The notes under the pieces are model-generated. The model saw only the letters and a program-made list of their open reading frames with translations. It was not told where the DNA came from and did no database searches. Both the position numbers and the translations under genes were made by a program. From an uncultured Gammaproteobacteria bacterium (GTDB lineage: Bacteria > Patescibacteriota > Microgenomatia > Levybacterales > GWA1-39-11), in NCBI GenBank assembly GCA_964568885.1, contig CAZMSF010000002.1, positions 4,367 to 68,366 of the forward strand: a DNA stretch of 64,000 nucleotides. Reading direction: 5' to 3'. Of this stretch, positions 9,414 to 17,653 are shown piece after piece (within the stretch, counting starts at the first letter, position 1; the number at the start of each line of letters is the position of its first letter).

Positions 9414-10343
9414 CTATTGCCCTGCATCATTGCAGATTTTTTGAGAGATATCTTTATATATTTGCTTGAGCTGAGTGGGGTCGGGAATTTCATAATATGT
9501 TGAAAGAGTAGGCTCTGTTGCGATTTTCCCCATCATAGTTCTCATGTCTGGTAAAAAGTATTCGTCTTGAGGGTCCCCAGGGACATAGAGTGCAATCGTA
9601 TATATTTTTATCCCCTTGTCTTTTATTTCTTTTGAAACGTCAGGGCTTTGGGTTGGGTCCTGGGAATTGGCAAAACATCTCAAGTTGGTAGGTGTTTGGT
9701 ATTGTCTGCCGCTTGCACAATCACGCGGGTTTGTTTCGGGAATGCCATCAGACAGGAAAATGAGCGCAAATTTCTGATTGGGAAATGTGGTTTGCGCTGC
9801 AAGGATTTTATCCCTCTCAAACAGGAACGCGGAACGCGTATTGGTTGCACCGGCCGCACGAAGGTTTTGAATCGCTTCCGGCATAGAACTTTTGGCATCT
9901 TTATATCGTGAGAATGGGACGTCTTCCTGAACAACAACAGCACCGTCGTCATTACTGCTGAAAGATGAGAGACCAATGACCGATTGGTCTGAAAGACTTT
10001 GGGTAAAGGTGGTAAGGGCGGATTTTAAGTTGTCAATTTTTGCACCCCTCATGGAACCCGAGCGGTCAACCAAAAGTCCAACTGCAACTTTGCTTGCACA
10101 TTCACGGAATTTGATGGTCTTGAGTTGCAAGTTGTTGCGGTTGATGCCGGGGGTTTCTTTTACTATTTCCAAGTCTCCAGTTTCTCCCGGGTCGGAAAGA
10201 GTCGAGCGCGGAGTAACACCGCGAGAAAGTAAGACCCCCATGCCAACTGCAAGGCCAATAAAAGCAAGGGTAAAAATTGTCCCCGGTCCCGTGAGATTAA
10301 TGCCAAATCCGCCTCCGCCTCGTCTTCTGTTATTGTTAGCCAT
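9414..10343 (-). CDS. von Willebrand factor A domain protein with conserved N-terminal Arg/Gly-rich signal-anchor module
   Basis: The N-terminus is MANNNRRRGGGGFGINLTGPGTIFTLAFIGLAVGMGVLLSRGVTPRSTLS. The vWA MIDAS motif is LLVDRSGSM (DxSxS), with a downstream T/D. Confidence 0.75.
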   Translation of the reverse strand: MANNNRRRGGGGFGINLTGPGTIFTLAFIGLAVGMGVLLSRGVTPRSTLSDPGETGDLEIVKETPGINRNNLQLKTIKFRECASKVAVGLLVDRSGSMRGAKIDNLKSALTTFTQSLSDQSVIGLSSFSSNDDGAVVVQEDVPFSRYKDAKSSMPEAIQNLRAAGATNTRSAFLFERDKILAAQTTFPNQKFALIFLSDGIPETNPRDCASGRQYQTPTNLRCFANSQDPTQSPDVSKEIKDKGIKIYTIALYVPGDPQDEYFLPDMRTMMGKIATEPTLSTYYEIPDPTQLKQIYKDISQKICNDAGQ

Positions 10344-10345
10344 AA

Positions 10346-11239
10346 TTATAATTGTATAGTAGTGCAGCCTTCACTGATATCTCCAACTTGATCTCCGTCG
10401 TGAAGGATGAACTGTGCGCGGTATGCATGTCCTGTCTCAAGGCCCAAACTGTCTACCTTCCAAATGATTTCCGCGCCAAAAAATGGTTCTTGGCGCCTTG
10501 CCGAATTTGCAAATTTCACATTGGAATTAGGGGGGTAAGGGTCTGCGCCGGGTCCCAAATCCAAATCATTTGGGTTTGGCATTACGGCTGCTGCGCCCAA
10601 AGGTTTCCATGCCCCATACACCTCGTCGGGTTTGTGCGGGGTGCCGCCGTTTTGAGCATCTCCCGATTTATTATTTGGGTCCGAGGTAATATCGCTTAAG
10701 AAAAGGGCAGGGTACCAAGGGAAATTATTCGCATCTTTTTGAGTTTCATCGCCAACATTGGGATTTACCACGTGGTCTTTTGAGCTCGTTGAAGGAGAGA
10801 CGTTCCCAGCGCCAAGAGTTATTGGCCACTCATCTTGGTAAAAAACTTTAATAGCTCCGCCTTTTACAACCGGTGTTCCGGGGTCGGGGTTGATTGCCCA
10901 AAGGATATATGGCTCGGGACTTCCCTTTATTGCATCATCTCCGCAATCAAACGTCGGGGGAATAACTACTTTCATTTTGAGGGTTCGAAGCTGCAAATTA
11001 GATTTTTGAGGCTCAGTTTGGTTGGTGTCTATCTGGTATGTGTTTTTGTCGTTGAGTCCTGAGAGTGTCGAGCGGGGAGTTACACCCCGGGACATGAGTA
11101 TTCCCATGCCAAGAGCAATTCCGATGAAAGCAATGGTAAAAACAGTCCCGGGACCTGTAAGGTTGATGCCAAAGCCCATTCCTCCCGCGCTTCGTTTTTT
11201 TTCCTTTGCCATACCTATAAGTTTAGAATTACATTTCAA
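10346..11239 (-). CDS. hypothetical secreted protein sharing the N-terminal signal-anchor module of the adjacent vWA protein
   Basis: The N-terminus MAKEKKRSAGGMGFGINLTGPGTVFTIAFIGIALGMGILMSRGVTPRSTLS is nearly identical to that of 9414..10343 over about 45 aa. The remainder is unrelated. There is a 2-bp gap to the vWA gene. Confidence 0.65.
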   Translation of the reverse strand: MKCNSKLIGMAKEKKRSAGGMGFGINLTGPGTVFTIAFIGIALGMGILMSRGVTPRSTLSGLNDKNTYQIDTNQTEPQKSNLQLRTLKMKVVIPPTFDCGDDAIKGSPEPYILWAINPDPGTPVVKGGAIKVFYQDEWPITLGAGNVSPSTSSKDHVVNPNVGDETQKDANNFPWYPALFLSDITSDPNNKSGDAQNGGTPHKPDEVYGAWKPLGAAAVMPNPNDLDLGPGADPYPPNSNVKFANSARRQEPFFGAEIIWKVDSLGLETGHAYRAQFILHDGDQVGDISEGCTTIQL

Positions 11240-11255
11240 CCATTGTCAACGTATC

Positions 11256-11284
11256 TTGTTTTTGAATTCAACTTTTGGTATACT
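11256..11284 (+). promoter_or_regulatory. putative sigma70-type promoter for rpsB (-35 TTGTTT, 17-bp spacer, -10 TATACT)
   Basis: Hexamers read directly. The leader is about 70 nt, with an AGGAAAAAAGGA Shine-Dalgarno before the ATG at 11361. Confidence 0.4.
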
Positions 11285-11360
11285 ACCTTTCATTACATCA
11301 TGTTCTTGATTACATCCTGGCTGAAAACGCCGCAAGAACAGAGGAAAAAAGGATTATAAT

Positions 11361-12137
11361 ATGCGACAAATTACACTGGAAGAATTATTGGAAGCAGGAT
11401 GCCATTTCGGGCATCAGGTCAACAGGCGTAATCCTAAAGCTAACCGCTACATTTTCGAGGCGCGGCAAGGGGTTAACATCATCAATCTTGAGGCAACTCA
11501 GGAGGGACTCATTGCTGCTGCAGAGTATGTAAAAGAGCTTGCTTCACGAGGAGGAAGTCTTGTTGTGGTTGGGACAAAAAGACAGGCACAGCAGGTTGTT
11601 AAAGAGGAAGTAGAGAGAGCACGGGAAATTACCCCAACAACCATTCATTACATAACGTCCCGTTGGATTGGCGGAATCTTCACAAACTTTGAAGAGGTCA
11701 AGAAGAATTTCAAAAAGCTTGTCGACCTTGAAAAGATTGTAGGTTCTGAAGACCGCGGAGGATACACAAAAAGAGAGGTTGGACTTTTTGAAAAAGAACT
11801 CATCAAGTTGAAAGATATTTACGGTGGACTATTTACTATAAAAGAAGCACCCGACGCAGTTTTTATCATTGATACTCATGCCGAGAATACTGCGGTCAGA
11901 GAAGCGGCTCGAGTCGGACTCACAACAATTGGGATTACCGACACCAATGCAGATCCTGCAGAAGTGACTTACTCAATCCCGGCAAATGACGACGCTGTTG
12001 GTTCCATAAAACTTATCACTACCTATCTTATAGACGCATGGATTGAGGGTTCAAAAGAAAAAGTAAAGTCAGACAACAAAGCAGCAGAAGCGGCAGCAAA
12101 AGAAGCGGCAAAAAAAGCAAAGCCGGCAGATAAATAG
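11361..12137 (+). CDS. rpsB: 30S ribosomal protein S2
   Basis: MRQITLEELLEAGCHFGHQVNRRNPKANRYIF... is the canonical S2 N-terminus, with a lysine-rich C-terminal tail. Confidence 0.95.
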   Translation: MRQITLEELLEAGCHFGHQVNRRNPKANRYIFEARQGVNIINLEATQEGLIAAAEYVKELASRGGSLVVVGTKRQAQQVVKEEVERAREITPTTIHYITSRWIGGIFTNFEEVKKNFKKLVDLEKIVGSEDRGGYTKREVGLFEKELIKLKDIYGGLFTIKEAPDAVFIIDTHAENTAVREAARVGLTTIGITDTNADPAEVTYSIPANDDAVGSIKLITTYLIDAWIEGSKEKVKSDNKAAEAAAKEAAKKAKPADK

Positions 12138-12174
12138 AGCGTTTAGTTAGATAGCGTTTAGGGTTTAGTTAATT

Positions 12175-12627
12175 ATGAAAATAACAGCAGATCAAATCAA
12201 GCAACTTCGAGAAAAAACCCAGGCAGGATTTTCAGACTGCAAAATGGCGCTTGAAGAGGCAAAGGGAGATATGAAAAAGGCTGAGGATATCCTTAAGAAA
12301 AAAGGATTTGAGAAAGCTGCAAAAAAGTCTGATAGAGAAACAGGTCAAGGGTTAGTTGAATCATATGTTCACCAAACAGGAAAAGTAGGAGTTCTTGTTT
12401 CACTTCTTTGCGAAACCGACTTTGTTGCACGTACCGATGAATTTAAAACCCTCGCTCACGAGATAGCGATGCAGGTTGCTGCGATGAATCCGAAAGATAT
12501 GGATATGCTTTTGAAGCAGGAATACATCAGGGATGGTTCGAAAACAATCGACGACCTCATTAAAGAGACTATCGCAAAGCTTGGAGAGAACATCAAGCTC
12601 TCAGATTTCAAACGCTCCGAAATCTAA
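12175..12627 (+). CDS. tsf: elongation factor Ts, unusually short 150-aa form
   Basis: KQLREKTQAGFSDCKMALEEAKGDMKKAEDILKKKG is the EF-Ts N-terminal UBA-like segment. The gene lies immediately downstream of rpsB. Confidence 0.85.
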   Translation: MKITADQIKQLREKTQAGFSDCKMALEEAKGDMKKAEDILKKKGFEKAAKKSDRETGQGLVESYVHQTGKVGVLVSLLCETDFVARTDEFKTLAHEIAMQVAAMNPKDMDMLLKQEYIRDGSKTIDDLIKETIAKLGENIKLSDFKRSEI

Positions 12628-12705
12628 GTTTTTCTTCCTCTTGCTTGCGTTATTTACCATGTTCTTTTCATAGTTTTTTAAGTTTAGTTATAGTAAAATG
12701 ATTGA

Positions 12706-13806
12706 ATGCTCGTAACAGTTATCGCCTTCATACTTATTCTTTCCGTTCTTGTTCTTATTCATGAATTGGGGCATTTTTTGGTGGCAAAGAAATTGGGGAT
12801 TAAAGTTGAGGAATTTGGAATCGGCTTTCCTCCAAGAGCATGGGGTAAAAAAATAGGGGAGACTACCTATTCAATAAATTGGCTGCCTGTTGGCGGATTT
12901 GTAAAACTTTTTGGTGAAGATGATGCCGGAGGAGGAAAGGTCGGTAAGAGTGTTGTGATGTCCTCAGGTGATGTCGAGCGTGCATATTACGCGCGGCCAC
13001 TTTGGCAGAGAATGAGTGTGGTGACGGCCGGTGTTGTCATGAATTTCGTTCTTGCAGTTGTTGTCATTTCTTTCCTCTTTGCAACTCAAGGAGTACCTCT
13101 TCCAACAGAACACGTGAAAGTGACCGAAGTATCGCATCAATCGCCTGCGGAAATTGCGGGGCTAAGACCCGGCGACCAAGTCATTTCAATGAACGGGGTT
13201 GTACTCAAGGACTCCAATAAATTTATCAGCGAGACACAAAAACATAAGGGCAAAGAAGTAACACTTATCGTTGTTAGAGACGGTCAGGAATTTGCTACCA
13301 AAATAACTCCCCGTGCAAATCCTCCGAAGGGGCAAGGGGCGATGGGTGTTGCCATTACAAATATTGAAGTCAAAAAATACTCTTGGTTTGAGGCGCCATT
13401 TTACGGGACCATGGAAGCTGCGAAATTTTCACTTGTGATTTTGCAAGGACTGGTAAGTATGATAGGGGATTTTGTCTTACATGGGGTAAAACCGCAAGGT
13501 GTTGCGGGACCAATTGGTGTTGCACAGTTGACCGGGGAAGCGGTCAGGGCAGGCTGGTTTGCAGTGCTGTGGTTCCTCTCCCTTTTATCCCTTAACTTGG
13601 CAGTGCTTAATATTCTGCCGATTCCTGCACTTGACGGAGGAAGGTTCTTTTTTATGATAATTGAAATGGTAACCGGTAAAAAAGTGAGCCCGAAGTACGA
13701 AGCAATCGCGCATGGTGCCGGACTGGTTGCGCTTCTTGCTCTTATGGCTCTTATTACCGTTTTTGATGTTGCCAGGCTCATTCAGGGGAAGAGCATCTTG
13801 CCTTAA
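12706..13806 (+). CDS. rseP: RseP-type site-2 zinc metalloprotease (M50) with PDZ domain
   Basis: HEXXH motif LIHELGHFLVA, a PDZ segment, and the C-terminal NILPIPALDGGR motif. A TAAAAT -10 box at 12694-12699 sits 7 nt before the ATG. Confidence 0.9.
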   Translation: MLVTVIAFILILSVLVLIHELGHFLVAKKLGIKVEEFGIGFPPRAWGKKIGETTYSINWLPVGGFVKLFGEDDAGGGKVGKSVVMSSGDVERAYYARPLWQRMSVVTAGVVMNFVLAVVVISFLFATQGVPLPTEHVKVTEVSHQSPAEIAGLRPGDQVISMNGVVLKDSNKFISETQKHKGKEVTLIVVRDGQEFATKITPRANPPKGQGAMGVAITNIEVKKYSWFEAPFYGTMEAAKFSLVILQGLVSMIGDFVLHGVKPQGVAGPIGVAQLTGEAVRAGWFAVLWFLSLLSLNLAVLNILPIPALDGGRFFFMIIEMVTGKKVSPKYEAIAHGAGLVALLALMALITVFDVARLIQGKSILP

Positions 13807-13860
13807 CAAGATTTTTTTGATTGAAAAATTCCTCTTGGTCTGCTAATCTAAAGTACATTT

Positions 13861-14424
13861 ATGGACAGCCAAATAACGAACTCCACAAAAACACGAATGG
13901 AGAAAGCCTTTTCGGTTTTGAGGGAAGATTTTGGGACGGTTAAGACCGGCAAAGCAAACCCGCAGCTTGTTGAGAACGTCGTAATAAATGCATACGGAGG
14001 AACGACAAGGCTAAAGGTGATGGAGCTTGCGACTATTCACGTTGTTGACCACGAAACATTGACAATTACACCCTTTGACCGAACAGTTCTTGGGGATTTG
14101 GAGCGTGGCATTTCGGATAGTCAAATGGGGCTTGGCCTTGCGACAGACGGCAATCTCATCAGAGTGACTATCCCTCCATTGTCTCAAGAGCGGCGAGAGG
14201 AATTTGTAAAGCTTATTCATAAAAAGGCAGAAAATGGGAAAATTATGATACGGCAGGCAAGGCAAGAGTCAAACGATGAGATAGCAAAATTGAAAAAAGA
14301 CGGAGAAATAACCGAGGACGACGAAAAAAGATTGGAAAAGGAAGTTCAGAAATTGACTGACGAATATGTGGAAAAAATCGACGAAGCACGAGATATGAAA
14401 GAGAAAGAACTAATGACGGTCTAA
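13861..14424 (+). CDS. frr: ribosome recycling factor
   Basis: The 187-aa product has the typical RRF length and sequence (…GTVKTGKANPQLVENVVINAYGG…IRVTIPPLSQERREEFVKLI…). Confidence 0.95.
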   Translation: MDSQITNSTKTRMEKAFSVLREDFGTVKTGKANPQLVENVVINAYGGTTRLKVMELATIHVVDHETLTITPFDRTVLGDLERGISDSQMGLGLATDGNLIRVTIPPLSQERREEFVKLIHKKAENGKIMIRQARQESNDEIAKLKKDGEITEDDEKRLEKEVQKLTDEYVEKIDEARDMKEKELMTV

Positions 14425-14438
14425 AGACCCCTTCTTCC

Positions 14439-15044
14439 ATGCGGATTCCAAAAGCTTTAGAGAGAGTTATTGAAAATTTTGAACGGCTCCCGGGCATCGG
14501 TCCAAAAAGTGCCCAAAGGCTGGGGTTTTATCTTTTGCATGTTCCCCAAAGTGATTTAGACGCATTTGCGCAAAACCTAACCCTTCTTAAAACGAACACG
14601 AAGATGTGTTCTGTTTGCTTTAATATTGGAACTACCGAAATTTGTGACGTCTGTTCGGACAGTGAACGTGACAAAACAATTATTTGTATTGTTGAGGATG
14701 CGTTGGACGTTTTGGCATTTGAAAAGTCGGACAAATTCAATGGGGTATACCACGTATTGCATGGTGTTATTGACCCTCTTAATTCAATAGGTCCGGATGA
14801 CATTTATATTCCACAGCTAATGAAGCGTCTGGCTACGGACAGTGACGTTGCCGAGCTTATTGTCGCCACAAATCCTACAATGGAAGGCGAGGCAACTGCA
14901 ATGTACATCGTAAAACAAATAAAACAGCACCATCCCGAACTTACTATTTCGCGAATTGGCCGCGGACTGCCGGTTGGGGCAGATATAGAATATGCGGACG
15001 AAGTGACTTTATCCCGCGCTTTGGAAGGACGTTCTCAATACTAG
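14439..15044 (+). CDS. recR: recombination protein RecR
   Basis: A helix-hairpin-helix (LPGIGPKSAQRLGFYLL), a C4 zinc finger (CSVCFNIGTTEICDVC) and a Toprim region. Confidence 0.95.
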   Translation: MRIPKALERVIENFERLPGIGPKSAQRLGFYLLHVPQSDLDAFAQNLTLLKTNTKMCSVCFNIGTTEICDVCSDSERDKTIICIVEDALDVLAFEKSDKFNGVYHVLHGVIDPLNSIGPDDIYIPQLMKRLATDSDVAELIVATNPTMEGEATAMYIVKQIKQHHPELTISRIGRGLPVGADIEYADEVTLSRALEGRSQY

Positions 15045-15057
15045 AAATTCTTAATGC

Positions 15058-16788
15058 TTAGGAGGTTGCCAGAGGGGGAGGTGTTCCACTCCCTGTTGGC
15101 GTTTCGGTTGTCCCGGTTGATGTACCTGCGCCTGCTAAGGCCGGCTCAGTAGGAGAAGCAGCTTCTGATGTTGTTGCCGTACCAAGACTTGAAGCACCTG
15201 CTGCATCCGCGACTGCAGCTGCGGATTCAAGCACATTTCCACCCATTGAAACTCCACTTTCCATAGCGGGTGCAGAGACTCCAGATGTGGGGAGTGCGCC
15301 ACCGTCCGTTTCGGCCGATGCTGCTACCTGACTTGCTTGTCCCAAGATATCCATAGGGGGAGGCTCCGGAGCTACGGTTGTAGAGGCAGAACCCAAAGCG
15401 GGTTCAGCTGGCGCCTCCGGAACAGTGGGCGAAGGAACGTCGGCTTCAGATGGGGCGGTTACGGGTGCTGCTGCTTCTCCCATGGAGGGGGGCATCCCTG
15501 TTCCAAATGGCGGCGGCGGTTCGGTAGGAGCTCCTGCAAGAGGTGTTGGAGTCGACTCGAGTTTTAGAGCGTTTGGATCTGATGGAATCGCTGCGGGTGC
15601 CTCAGGGGCAGGGGACACACCACCAACGACGGGCGCGTCGGGATGCGCCGCTGAAGCGTCAATTGACCAACTTGCAGGGGTGGTGGGTGCGGCAGCTTCA
15701 CCGGCAGGTGCCATGTCGGTTGTCGGTTTGTACTCCGGCACGGCTGGTGCGGCGGGTGGTTCTACTACTGCTGAAGGGCCTGATGTGGTTGGCTCTGAGG
15801 CAGGAGCGGATGGCCATGCCGACGCTGTTTCTGTTGAGGAAGCCGTCGTATCTGATGTGCTGTCCGGAGTCAAACCGGGAGTTGCGTCGGTTGCGCTTGA
15901 TGATGCGCTAGCTTCTGTTTGAACACCATAGCTTGGAAAGGCTTCTGAAGGTGATGGTGTGGTTCCCGCAGATGATGTGTCGTCTGCCTTAGCATCAGGT
16001 GATGTTGCAGTACCCATCGCAGCGGTTGCCGTTTTATCAATCTCATCCAAAGCCGCATTTGTCCCGGCTGCATTTTTGACTATAGAATCGGCCTCTGTTA
16101 CTGCGCTTGCAGCCGTCGGGTCTGTTGTTTCCGGGGTTTCTGCGACCGTGTCAGCTGCCGGTGTTGTCGCTTCCGGAGTTGATGTTGGGGACTCGGCTGC
16201 AAGTGCTGCTGGTGTCTCAGTACCCATCGGGGAAAGTCCATCTTGGGCCGCAGCTTCCGGAATTGAAGGCATCACCGGTTCTTGATTGACAGCGGCTGCT
16301 GCTTCAGGGGTAACATTTGGTACTGGAGGAGTAACCCCGTCTTTGAGGTGATCGGGCATGGCATTTGCGGGTTGTCCGACTGTTTCGGTTTTTATACCAC
16401 CTCTCAGACCAATAAATCCAAGAAGTCTATTCCCCAGTCCCGGCTTTGGTGGAGCGGCTTGTGCAGCTGCTTTTTCGGCAACCATTGTATTATGGGTTGC
16501 TTGAAGAGATGCCACATCAGGGGTTCCAAGTGGTGCCATAGGATTAAGCGTTGCCGAGGCTTCTGAAGTCGCTACCGATGAAGCGCCGAGCTCCGGCATA
16601 GCAGGAGTGACAGGTGTTGCTGCCGTTGCTGCTTCGACTGGTGTCGGCATTGCGTTTACTTCTGGAGCTGACGCGCCGGGCGTAGGAAGTAAGCCGTTAC
16701 CGGCTTCGGTTGCAACAGGTGCTGCTGCTTGTGGTGCTTCTAAAGTTGCGACACCACCGGATTGATTTTCGCCGTTGTTTGGTCCCAT
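15058..16788 (-). CDS. Ala/Thr/Pro/Ser-rich intrinsically disordered protein (576 aa), no signal peptide or TM segment evident
   Basis: Long ORF in a locally GC-enriched stretch; the enrichment is driven by GCN, CCN and ACN codons. It has low-complexity APT repeats throughout. Plus-strand ORFs in this span are antisense artifacts. Confidence 0.5.
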   Translation of the reverse strand: MGPNNGENQSGGVATLEAPQAAAPVATEAGNGLLPTPGASAPEVNAMPTPVEAATAATPVTPAMPELGASSVATSEASATLNPMAPLGTPDVASLQATHNTMVAEKAAAQAAPPKPGLGNRLLGFIGLRGGIKTETVGQPANAMPDHLKDGVTPPVPNVTPEAAAAVNQEPVMPSIPEAAAQDGLSPMGTETPAALAAESPTSTPEATTPAADTVAETPETTDPTAASAVTEADSIVKNAAGTNAALDEIDKTATAAMGTATSPDAKADDTSSAGTTPSPSEAFPSYGVQTEASASSSATDATPGLTPDSTSDTTASSTETASAWPSAPASEPTTSGPSAVVEPPAAPAVPEYKPTTDMAPAGEAAAPTTPASWSIDASAAHPDAPVVGGVSPAPEAPAAIPSDPNALKLESTPTPLAGAPTEPPPPFGTGMPPSMGEAAAPVTAPSEADVPSPTVPEAPAEPALGSASTTVAPEPPPMDILGQASQVAASAETDGGALPTSGVSAPAMESGVSMGGNVLESAAAVADAAGASSLGTATTSEAASPTEPALAGAGTSTGTTETPTGSGTPPPLATS

Positions 16789-16834
16789 TACAATAAGTTA
16801 CAAGAAGAGGGAATAGTTTGTCAAGAGTTGTCGA

Positions 16835-17590
16835 CTACTTTTGTCCTTTTTGCCAGGGGGCACGCTTTAAAATCGGAGCATACACATCGTCATCAAGATT
16901 TATTCTTAAAGTTCGGATTTCTTCCTCTGTCAGGTCGCGGTTCGTAAACTCGATATTTGAAAGCTCGGAAATCACAGCAAGGGGGGTTTGTTCTTGTCCC
17001 TCTCCCATACATGCAACCGCTCCTGCAGCAAGTCCGTCTGCGACATTTGCTTTTGTGACACGCATTACCCGCTCAAAGAGATCGGGTTTTCCCATATAAT
17101 CATTGAGAGCGTTAAACCCGGAGTGAGCTATCGAAACTCCCGTTGTTCCCCAGCGAAGAGGAGTGGTTTTGCTGTCGGTTATAATGACTCCCACATTTTG
17201 CACACCGAATTTTTCTTCAAGATGCTTCCTGATTTTATTTGCCGTATCATACGGATTTTCGGGCCACAAAATATAATAACCATTCCCATTTGATTCGTCG
17301 ATGCCCGCAGTTGGGATGAGTAAGTTCTGAGTAATGGTGAGATAAAATCCGTATTGGTTCTCATTCTTATCCAAAAACATTTCAGATTCTTCTTTGACTA
17401 GTTTTTCTTTATCCGTGGCCTCGGTTGTGTGATTTATTTTTTGTATTCTGCCTTCCGTTATTGAAACGATTTTTGAAGTGACTACAAGAATGGAGTTTTC
17501 CTCCATCTTATTTATATAGGTGTCGATAATATTGAAAAGGTTGGTGTCTTTTTCGGTTATCTTGTGAGTTTTTACCGGGGTAATTATCAT
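16835..17590 (-). CDS. CofE-like protein (F420-0:gamma-glutamyl ligase family fold)
   Basis: ILVVTSKIVSITEGRIQKI and LLIPTAGIDESNG match CofE/FbiB N-domain motifs. The function in this organism is unknown. Confidence 0.65.
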   Translation of the reverse strand: MIITPVKTHKITEKDTNLFNIIDTYINKMEENSILVVTSKIVSITEGRIQKINHTTEATDKEKLVKEESEMFLDKNENQYGFYLTITQNLLIPTAGIDESNGNGYYILWPENPYDTANKIRKHLEEKFGVQNVGVIITDSKTTPLRWGTTGVSIAHSGFNALNDYMGKPDLFERVMRVTKANVADGLAAGAVACMGEGQEQTPLAVISELSNIEFTNRDLTEEEIRTLRINLDDDVYAPILKRAPWQKGQK

Positions 17591-17619
17591 AGAGGCAATT
17601 GTACACTAATTTAGCCTCA

Positions 17620-17647
17620 TTGACAAAAACAAAACAGAAATTATAAT
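17620..17647 (+). promoter_or_regulatory. consensus promoter TTGACA-16-TATAAT for purB; -10 ends 6 nt before the ATG (leaderless transcript predicted)
   Basis: TTGACA at 17620-17625, TATAAT at 17642-17647, ATG at 17654. There is no Shine-Dalgarno. Confidence 0.55.
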
Positions 17648-17653
17648 CGGATT

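Noticed and set aside
9414-10343. Interpretation of the shared N-terminal module as a type IV prepilin (class III) signal
   Set aside because: A G-F pair follows a positively charged leader, but the hydrophobic stretch does not begin immediately after it, and there is no Glu at +5. The prepilin reading is therefore not supported, and the module is reported as uncharacterised.
15337-16566. Plus-strand ORFs (76-165 aa) opposite the 576-aa Ala/Thr/Pro-rich gene
   Set aside because: They are antisense products of a locally GC- and GCN-rich coding region. They are Arg/Gly-rich nonsense, and the minus-strand frame is far longer.
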